Sequence record: OR496884.1
DNA length: 64,000 nt
Reading direction: 5' to 3' (one strand)
The position numbers were made by a program, and so were the translations under genes. The notes beneath the pieces are model-generated. The model did not search any database and was not told the DNA's origin. It worked only from the letters and a program-made list of their open reading frames with translations. How positions within the stretch are numbered: the stretch's first letter is position 1; the number at the start of each line of letters is the position of its first letter. This document shows, piece after piece, positions 20,135-26,749 of the stretch.

Positions 20135-20548
20135 TTACAAGCCATCTTTATCGGATGACACCCAACCAATAAAAGGTGGTGTCAAAACACGACGCGTACT
20201 CAGGTAAAACGAGAACAACGACATCAGCGACAGAAACAATGCGGGAATAACAGCAGTGCCTTGAATTCGACCAGGTACAGTGACAATAGATCCGATTTGT
20301 TCACGATACTCTTTCCACTCGACTCGTCGGAACCCGATACTTTTCATTCCTTCATCGGTTTTAAAATCACACAAGAATCGTTCCCCGTGATCAGGATTGT
20401 TGACAGTATAACACTCATCAACTTTACCTACCACCGGATCAACTACTGTTAGAAACCCAAACCACAGCGCCAATAACATTGACCCCAATCCAATCATTGC
20501 AAATCGAAACTTTGCTACTTTATTACGTTTTTCATAAGACATGATCAT
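20135..20548 (-). CDS. membrane protein (2 predicted TM segments)
   Basis: Hydrophobic stretches FAMIGLGSMLLALWFGFLTVV and AVIPALFLSLMSLFSFYL. Confidence 0.75.
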   Translation of the reverse strand: MIMSYEKRNKVAKFRFAMIGLGSMLLALWFGFLTVVDPVVGKVDECYTVNNPDHGERFLCDFKTDEGMKSIGFRRVEWKEYREQIGSIVTVPGRIQGTAVIPALFLSLMSLFSFYLSTRRVLTPPFIGWVSSDKDGL

Positions 20549-20560
20549 TTCCTTTGTTGA

Positions 20561-20881
20561 TTAAAATTGTTTTAAAATCTTAAAGTTAACAATACTAGCT
20601 AACATTAAGACTACACCTAAGATAAAGGGTATCATCGAAAATACACCAACTATCCCTATTGCGATTCCGGAGAAACCACTTATCATGATGTTAACGGGTG
20701 TATCAGGAACGTGTTTTAATGCGGTTTCTAAAGCGGGATAAGCAATGTAGATAACCTTATAAGCTGAAGTTATCCCGATGGAAAATAGAATAGAACCAGC
20801 TAGTAAAAGAAACCTTGGTTTCCAATACCAACCCCGATAAGGTTTATACAGTTTGAAAATCGTTCTGATACGTTCATTCAT
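20561..20881 (-). CDS. membrane protein
   Basis: Hydrophobic stretches FLLLAGSILFSIGITSAY and IMISGFSGIAIGIVGVFSMIPFILGVVLMLASIV. Confidence 0.75.
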   Translation of the reverse strand: MNERIRTIFKLYKPYRGWYWKPRFLLLAGSILFSIGITSAYKVIYIAYPALETALKHVPDTPVNIMISGFSGIAIGIVGVFSMIPFILGVVLMLASIVNFKILKQF

Positions 20882-21420
20882 GATTCCGTTTCATCCATGC
20901 TGATTATGATATCTTCGTAATCTAGGATTTCTCCCTGACAATATTTAGTTCTAACACTTTTAATTAGTATTTCAACTGGCCAGTTTCTTGCTTCGGTTGG
21001 TTTGCTATTTAGCAGCTGGATAATTCCTTCTTCGCTAAACTCTGGATTTTGTTCAACAATCAACTTAGCTATTTTCTTTTTACCTTTTGTTCTTGTGTAT
21101 TGCTTTTCAGACCATACGCTAAACATTAATGTTCCCAAAATGTTCAGTAGATCTTTTTCAATTTCAAGAAAGATTTTAGTATCGGTTTTACCTTTACAGT
21201 GAGGATAGTTCCCGTAACTAATAGGTTTAACTTGGTTAGTGACAGAATCCAATATCTCGATAAAATAGGTAGGTTTACCAGTTCTGGTTAAAACCAATTT
21301 ATAATCCATATCGACTGAAATGGAAAATTGGATGTTGTCGATTTCACCTTTAGCAAATTTAACAAGGTTACAACTTTGAGACCCAATACGAAGTTTTAAA
21401 ACACTCATTCTAAGTTTCAT
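20878..21420 (-). CDS. hypothetical protein
   Basis: 180-aa ORF, ATGA-type overlap with the next gene. Confidence 0.8.
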   Translation of the reverse strand: MKLRMSVLKLRIGSQSCNLVKFAKGEIDNIQFSISVDMDYKLVLTRTGKPTYFIEILDSVTNQVKPISYGNYPHCKGKTDTKIFLEIEKDLLNILGTLMFSVWSEKQYTRTKGKKKIAKLIVEQNPEFSEEGIIQLLNSKPTEARNWPVEILIKSVRTKYCQGEILDYEDIIISMDETES

Positions 21421-21432
21421 AAATGCTTCCTT

Positions 21433-22092
21433 TTATTTTTGATCTAAACCCAATGGACCTTTTACGTAGACTCCCCAAAAATCATATATCCCACTAAAGC
21501 GAACATGATTATCATTGAGTTGATATGAAATGTCTTCAAGTTCAGTGAACTGTTTATCTAAAAGTTCAAACATCCTGTCATCACCAGTGCATCCGCCATG
21601 AAATTCACCTTGATAAATTAATATTTGACCATTTGACATTTTGTCTAATACCTTAGCACCAAAAGGATCGTCGTATTCAGGCCATGTCATGACAATGACA
21701 TCATAATTGTCGTTAATGGATTCAAGTGCATTTCCCTTTACACCTTCAAATAACTTTGCCTCTTTCCAGTAATGAGTTTCTTGTAAATCAACCGCAGTAT
21801 AATTGTTAACACCTGCGTCTTTCATATGGGCGGCTAAATACCCTGTACCTGAAGCAACCTCCAGAACTTTTTTACCTTTCAGGTAATTTGAAAGAATCCC
21901 TTTTACCTCCGTAGTCAAAATAAACCAGGCAATCAATCGAGTATATTTACAACGAACATCCCATTGACTACCAAAAGAAAAATCCTTACCTTGAAACTTT
22001 TCTTTAGACAACGTTGGAGGAATGGAATCGTTTTTAATTAACTCAACTATTTCAGTTCCTTCACTTATTTTTGGTGCTATGATTGGAAGCAT
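21433..22092 (-). CDS. class I SAM-dependent methyltransferase
   Basis: Motif I KVLEVASGTGYLA, acidic AVD after strand 2, YDVIVMTWP; substrate unknown. Confidence 0.8.
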   Translation of the reverse strand: MLPIIAPKISEGTEIVELIKNDSIPPTLSKEKFQGKDFSFGSQWDVRCKYTRLIAWFILTTEVKGILSNYLKGKKVLEVASGTGYLAAHMKDAGVNNYTAVDLQETHYWKEAKLFEGVKGNALESINDNYDVIVMTWPEYDDPFGAKVLDKMSNGQILIYQGEFHGGCTGDDRMFELLDKQFTELEDISYQLNDNHVRFSGIYDFWGVYVKGPLGLDQK

Positions 22093-22292
22093 AATTACTA
22101 TCCTTTTATTTTTCTAAATTAAATAAATGGTTTATAAAAGACTAAACATTAAAGAAATAAGGATGTTTACTACGTAAACCGTATATAAACAAATTCCCCT
22201 TCCCCTCCCTCACCTATCGGTAAGAGCATGTTAAGTTACATTATATTGGACATGAACTATAAAAATAATTTATCCAACAAACAAAACTAAAA

Positions 22293-22322
22293 GCTAGTAA
22301 CTAGGATCTCCTAGTTACTAGC
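22293..22322 (-). terminator. intrinsic terminator
   Basis: Perfect stem GCTAGTAACTAGGA/TCCTAGTTACTAGC with T tail on minus strand. Confidence 0.85.
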
Positions 22323-22332
22323 GATATGAAAT

Positions 22333-22998
22333 TTAATTAAGCAAAGACCATTTAAGAACAGATCTCAATTCTTGAACAGTTTTATCGATACAGAAATTCT
22401 TGAAAGTTTCTTTATCGTTAAATACGAGTCCGCTATGAACAACTTTCATGTTCCAGGGAACAATACCTTCCAATACACCGGTAAGGTCATTAGGAAAATA
22501 AAAAGTAAGATTTTTTATCAAATATTTTCCCTGCACAGTTCTTGAAATGTTTCCTAACTTGATGGTAAAGTTATCATCAGCGGTATGGATGGTTTTGGTT
22601 TTGTCTTTACCGAATATACGATCGACCAACGTAAATTCATTGTCAAGATCACAATTGATATTTTCAAAAAGATAATTTTCAAAACCAATGAATGCTGCAT
22701 TAGGATCAAACTTTTGAAATTGAGATTCTAACCGAGAAATGGTTGAACGATTGAATCCCCATTTGCCATTGGTTAGTTTATCCTGACAAATGACCTGATC
22801 GTCAACATTGATTGAGACAACCCAATGAGGATCTTTAAATTCCAGTTTAAAGACAACACCACACCAATAAAAAAGATCAGGAATTTTTGCATTCTTCCCT
22901 AATGACTTTGCGTCATTGATTTCGTTGTTAATAAATTCACGTTGACTAACAAACAGATTAAGCAATACCCGTACTAAAATAAGTTTAAAATCCCACAT
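22333..22998 (-). CDS. hypothetical protein
   Basis: 221-aa ORF. Confidence 0.8.
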   Translation of the reverse strand: MWDFKLILVRVLLNLFVSQREFINNEINDAKSLGKNAKIPDLFYWCGVVFKLEFKDPHWVVSINVDDQVICQDKLTNGKWGFNRSTISRLESQFQKFDPNAAFIGFENYLFENINCDLDNEFTLVDRIFGKDKTKTIHTADDNFTIKLGNISRTVQGKYLIKNLTFYFPNDLTGVLEGIVPWNMKVVHSGLVFNDKETFKNFCIDKTVQELRSVLKWSLLN

Positions 22999-23069
22999 CG
23001 GAATTAGTTCCTTTTGTTATTGCCCTAAAAGTGGAAGGGACCACGTCCCTCCCGATAGTTTCATAGTAT

Positions 23070-23801
23070 TTATTTAAAAATATCTTCCAGTGTACAACGT
23101 TCCCCCATTTCACCATCAACTTCATTAGCCAACATACCGTTAATTACCCGGCCTTTGTAAGATTTAAATTTATCAGATCGTTCATGGTCTTTCTTAACCA
23201 AAAGTTCAAACACCCCGGCATAGTTTCCGGTTGAACGATTAGTTTCGGTAACATAATAACCGTGAATAATATCGTAAACGATACCGCGTTTTACACGGTT
23301 GTATTCAATCATGTCCTTGACCATGTCTTCCAATAGCTTAGACATCCGCTGGTTGGAGTATTGATCAATAAACGCACCCATGACCGCTCCATGTTCTTCA
23401 AAGTCTTCAGTCAACGTGTAGCGAAAATCAGTGTGATTAAAATCATTAATCAATTTACTGATCATTCCTGATTTTGGACGAGTGAATTTAGTCTCACCAC
23501 GAGACGTTAGATAAAACATGATGAATCGCTGTTTGTTATTTAAAAAGAAACTAACAGCTTTAATATTATTGGTAGGAAAGTTTTCCAGCTTCCAATGAGG
23601 TATGTGATTAACATCGATGGAAAGTTCCTTCACCTCAATGTTGGAAAACAGGTGACCCAATGCATAACAGATTCGACTTTTAATTGTTTCAAAATCCATG
23701 ACATTATCCTTAGATATTAATATTGGTTTTACAATTTGATAATATCTATTTATAAATTTATGGAAATAGACTATTGTATGTAACAAAAAGCATTTTCTCA
23801 A
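23070..23801 (-). CDS. hypothetical protein (true start likely MDFETIK near 23700)
   Basis: A promoter-like motif at 23739-23756 and an AAGGA SD lie inside the 5' part of the called ORF. Confidence 0.75.
   Translation of the reverse strand: MRKCFLLHTIVYFHKFINRYYQIVKPILISKDNVMDFETIKSRICYALGHLFSNIEVKELSIDVNHIPHWKLENFPTNNIKAVSFFLNNKQRFIMFYLTSRGETKFTRPKSGMISKLINDFNHTDFRYTLTEDFEEHGAVMGAFIDQYSNQRMSKLLEDMVKDMIEYNRVKRGIVYDIIHGYYVTETNRSTGNYAGVFELLVKKDHERSDKFKSYKGRVINGMLANEVDGEMGERCTLEDIFK
23739..23756 (-). promoter_or_regulatory. putative phage early promoter motif
   Basis: TTTATAAATAGATATTAT. Confidence 0.55.
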
Positions 23802-23864
23802 TAATTATTTCAATAAGTCATTATTGAGAATTGTGCTTTCCGCTAAGCATGTTTCATAAGTAGG

Positions 23865-23892
23865 TTGCAATACTTTACATCTCTAGTAATAT
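23865..23892 (+). promoter_or_regulatory. possible promoter for the ncRNA/tRNA locus
   Basis: TTGCAA-N16-TAATAT sigma70-like pair just before the first hairpin; could be chance in AT-rich DNA. Confidence 0.3.
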
Positions 23893-23895
23893 ATT

Positions 23896-24575
23896 GTGAG
23901 GACCCCTCCTAGTCCTCACTTTCATAATAGATATTTAAAATAAGTGTTTATTATGAAAGTCTACCTTCGCCAGACACTTGACTTTCAATCTCATTGTTTT
24001 ATCCCTTTCATAATAAAAGTGTGCATCCTTTCGCTACCGATGTGCACTTCTTAATGTATTCTTTGTCAGAGTTCATTAAGAAGCGTAACCTGTTGCGATT
24101 CATTGTCAAATCCTTATGCATGTACTAAGCTGAGGGAGAGGCTCGACTCCCTCATCTTCTTAATAAGTATTTTAATGAGTATTTATTAAGAAGGTCTTAC
24201 ATTGCGGTGATGCCTTCTTTGCATTCTTTTTCATTTCTTAGCCATTTTCAATTTTTCTGTATAAGCCAAATAGTATTTCTGTTTGGCTCTTTTTAATATC
24301 TATTTATTAAAGTGTATATTAAAAAGATAATTTAGGAGTCTTTGTGTTTTTCTTTGATTTAACAATAGGCTAGGACATGGCTGTTAAATCTTTCCTTTTG
24401 GCATAAAGACTCCGCTTCATTTGATCTAACTCACTTATACCACCTAAAGAGTTTACGAACCATATATTGGTCGACAGCTTAACTAAAGGTTAAAGATGTA
24501 GTTAAATCATTTTCTCCAGATTGTAAAGATCTGGATTTATTAAAAACATACTGTAAAAATATATAGTATGTAACA
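23896..24575 (+). ncRNA. putative structured ncRNA segment A (hairpin array)
   Basis: At least ten stems of 7-19 bp in succession; G-U pairs are valid only on the plus strand; no ORF over 61 aa. Confidence 0.6.
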
Positions 24576-24579
24576 AAAT

Positions 24580-24663
24580 GCGGGTATGGTGAAATCGGTA
24601 GACACAAGGGACTTAAAATCCCTCGCTTATGGCGTGCCAGTTCGATTCTGGCTATCCGCACCA
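24580..24663 (+). tRNA. tRNA-Leu (anticodon TAA)
   Basis: Acceptor GCGGGTA/TATCCGC, anticodon arm AGGGA-CTTAAAA-TCCCT, long variable arm, GTTCGATT T-loop, encoded CCA. Confidence 0.96.
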
Positions 24664-24674
24664 CTTTCGAATCC

Positions 24675-24950
24675 CCGAGACGGTTATCAGTAAGTCTATA
24701 AACGACTTGGTGCGGCTGATATACCGTTCTCGGCCCTATTAGAGTTAATCAGGTTCTTAACTTAAACAAACTGATGTTTGACTTAGGCGAAGAGGGCAAC
24801 TTGATTAGCTCAAACACATTTGGATCTATCTCACGAAATTGTCAAACTGACGTTTACAAGCAAGTCACTCCGACTCGAATTGGAACAGTTAATTGTAAAC
24901 AATTTATACGGGACTCAATAGTTCACCGTGACGACAAAGAGTGGATCCAA
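24675..24950 (+). ncRNA. putative structured ncRNA segment B (between tRNA-Leu and tRNA-Asn)
   Basis: Nested stems: 24675-24733 (16 bp, 2 bulges), 24742-24753/24800-24811, 24820-24826/24943-24949, 24852-24859/24893-24900. Confidence 0.55.
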
Positions 24951-24960
24951 TGTTATCTCT

Positions 24961-25036
24961 GGTTCCTTAGTTCAGTAGGTAGAACACCGGACTGTTAATC
25001 CGTATGTCACTGGTTCGATCCCAGTAGGAACCGCCA
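24961..25036 (+). tRNA. tRNA-Asn (anticodon GTT)
   Basis: 76 nt cloverleaf, GGTTCCT/AGGAACC acceptor, CTGTTAA anticodon loop, encoded CCA. Confidence 0.96.
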
Positions 25037-25041
25037 TATTT

Positions 25042-25118
25042 GAGGATGTAGTTCAGATGGTTAGAATACCAGCCTGTCACGTTGGTGGTCGCGGGTTCGA
25101 GTCCCGTCATCCTCGCCA
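25042..25118 (+). tRNA. tRNA-Asp (anticodon GTC)
   Basis: 77 nt cloverleaf, GAGGATG/CATCCTC acceptor, CTGTCAC anticodon loop, encoded CCA. Confidence 0.96.
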
Positions 25119-25120
25119 TA

Positions 25121-25266
25121 TTTCATTCCAGATTTATCTGGTTCATACATCGGTACCGTAAGGTATAACCAAATGCACCTAAGTTCATAACTGAATACGG
25201 TGACGGTTTACATGAAACGTTCTGAACGGAAACTAAGACGAACGACGTGTGTATGATAATATGAAA
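25121..25266 (+). ncRNA. putative structured ncRNA segment C
   Basis: Closing stems TTTCAT/ATGAAA and TCATACA/TGTATGA enclose ACCGTA/TACGGT and small hairpins. Confidence 0.45.
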
Positions 25267-25276
25267 GCGTATTAAT

Positions 25277-25354
25277 GAGAACTATAGACGTATGGAAAGT
25301 CGCCTAATATCACTTATAATTAGGATTGTCTTGGTTCGAATCCAAAAGTTCTCA
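25277..25354 (+). pseudogene. tRNA-like element with a 10-nt anticodon loop and no CCA
   Basis: Acceptor GAGAACT/AGTTCTC, GAC/GTC D-stem with GG in the loop, CTAAT-ATCACTTATA-ATTAG arm, TTGG-TTCGAAT-CCAA T-arm. Confidence 0.6.
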
Positions 25355-25360
25355 TCCCTC

Positions 25361-25785
25361 TTCCTTCTATCTGTGCATTCATCAGCCTCCGTTGTTTGCT
25401 CCTCCATTGTCATCGTCGTCAATACAGGTAGAAGGAAACTTATTTCGTTGTACCGTATCGCCCAAGCAGGTGGTTTAATACAACGAATAATCTTGCTTTC
25501 GAGCAAGATAAATTGAGTAACCGTGCTTAATGATAACGGCATCGTCTATGATGACTATCAAGATTGTTTTATAGATGTTGTAGGTTGCTGCCAGTGCCAA
25601 GAAGGTCTGGGGCATTAACGAGTACAAAAAGAAGCTCGACTACGGACTAAACACTTTAAGACATGAACACGGTAAGCCAAAGCTAGTCACTTTGGAAGTT
25701 GTTCAGCAATGTTCAGCCTATTATCCCTTTCAGGATCCTTTACCAAAGGCCACGGTGGGGTTACCTAAAAGAGATAATGGGAAGA
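25361..25785 (+). ncRNA. putative structured ncRNA segment D
   Basis: 14-bp stem around a C-rich loop, further hairpins including a TTCG-capped 8-bp stem, long-range pairings and a possible pseudoknot; ends before a terminator. Confidence 0.55.
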
Positions 25786-25806
25786 ATATTTATTTATATA
25801 ACAATA

Positions 25807-25845
25807 CCTACCTAATCCTAAACAGGATTAGGTAGGGTTTTTGTT
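25807..25845 (+). terminator. intrinsic terminator closing the tRNA/ncRNA locus
   Basis: CCTACCTAATCCT/AGGATTAGGTAGG followed by GTTTTTGTTTGTTT. Confidence 0.85.
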
Positions 25846-25889
25846 TGTTTAACGATATTTTGAACTAACCGAATTAAAAGGTCTTTATT

Positions 25890-26738
25890 ATGAATCTTAT
25901 TGATTTTTGTGTAGATCATGTTGTTAATGGTCCAAGTGACATCAGCGATTATTTATTAAAATTAGCATTTGATAATCCAAACAACTTAGGTGGGTTTGTT
26001 TGGGGAGATCAAAATACTGAATACAGTATTGAACAAGGCATTAGAGAAAAAGTCATTGTTAAGATGATAGCGCCTCTGTTAAATGTCCAAGGTGGACAAA
26101 CAGAAATTATTGATTTAAGTGGTGCACATATTAAAAATATGGCCGGTGGTAATATTCACGTAAACGTTCCCGACTTCTTAACAGGTGGAAGAAAAATACT
26201 TACCGTTCTGGAGGTTTATCCAGGTAGTTTAAACCGCGCTATAACGTCCAATGGTAACTTCACGGCATATAACTCATGCGAGAGTGCCGGTCAAATGGGA
26301 AATGCGTTAAATCGTGTTATGAACGGTTTAGACTCAGGTCAAGTACAACGTGTGTATACTCATTTTACCATGGTTGGGAATAATAGTTTTATTATTCGCT
26401 CTGCTGGCTCAGTGATGTTTAATTTAGTAGCAAAAGTTGTTTTGTCTTACGATGAACATTTTAGCGTAGTCCCACCGAAGATGTATTATGCTTTTGCAAA
26501 ATTAGTAGAACTGGGTGTTAAAAGTTATATTTATAAAAACTGCAGACGTGGTATGCAAGAAGCTGTTTCTCGTTTTGGTGTTTCTATAGATGACATTAGA
26601 GATGAGGTAATGGAATACCGAGACGCATCTAAAGATTTCAGAGATTATTTTGAAGAAGACATTCAAAAATACTTGGCTTATTCTGATGCTAAAGGTGTCT
26701 CGGATACTATTCGTCAAATTATGCCTCGTAGAAGATAA
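25890..26738 (+). CDS. conserved phiKZ-like protein, probable virion component
   Basis: 282-aa ORF; pattern SIEQGIREKVI...LNVQGG recalled from phiKZ-like core proteins (unverified). Confidence 0.65.
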   Translation: MNLIDFCVDHVVNGPSDISDYLLKLAFDNPNNLGGFVWGDQNTEYSIEQGIREKVIVKMIAPLLNVQGGQTEIIDLSGAHIKNMAGGNIHVNVPDFLTGGRKILTVLEVYPGSLNRAITSNGNFTAYNSCESAGQMGNALNRVMNGLDSGQVQRVYTHFTMVGNNSFIIRSAGSVMFNLVAKVVLSYDEHFSVVPPKMYYAFAKLVELGVKSYIYKNCRRGMQEAVSRFGVSIDDIRDEVMEYRDASKDFRDYFEEDIQKYLAYSDAKGVSDTIRQIMPRRR

Positions 26739-26749
26739 AGGAATAAGTC

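Noticed and set aside
23935-24245. Type I toxin-antitoxin modules
   Set aside because: The micro-peptides are basic and polar, not hydrophobic membrane toxins
23896-24575. CRISPR array interpretation of the hairpin series
   Set aside because: No constant-length identical repeats with regular spacers; no cas genes in the window
24664-25125. Theta (HDV-like) ribozymes at tRNA 3' ends
   Set aside because: The tRNAs encode CCA and are followed by C or T, not the G that starts an HDV-like P1; no nested pseudoknot seen
25282-25542. 86-aa minus-strand and 74-aa plus-strand ORFs in the ncRNA locus
   Set aside because: They overlap the tRNA-like element and strong plus-strand stems, and have no clear SD
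25606-25690. Group I intron core (GACTA...TAGTC as P7)
   Set aside because: J8/7 AGAUA is absent, there is no room for the P4-P6 domain, and no interrupted gene
25277-25785. tmRNA interpretation
   Set aside because: No G3-U70 alanine identity, no CCA end, no recognisable tag reading frame
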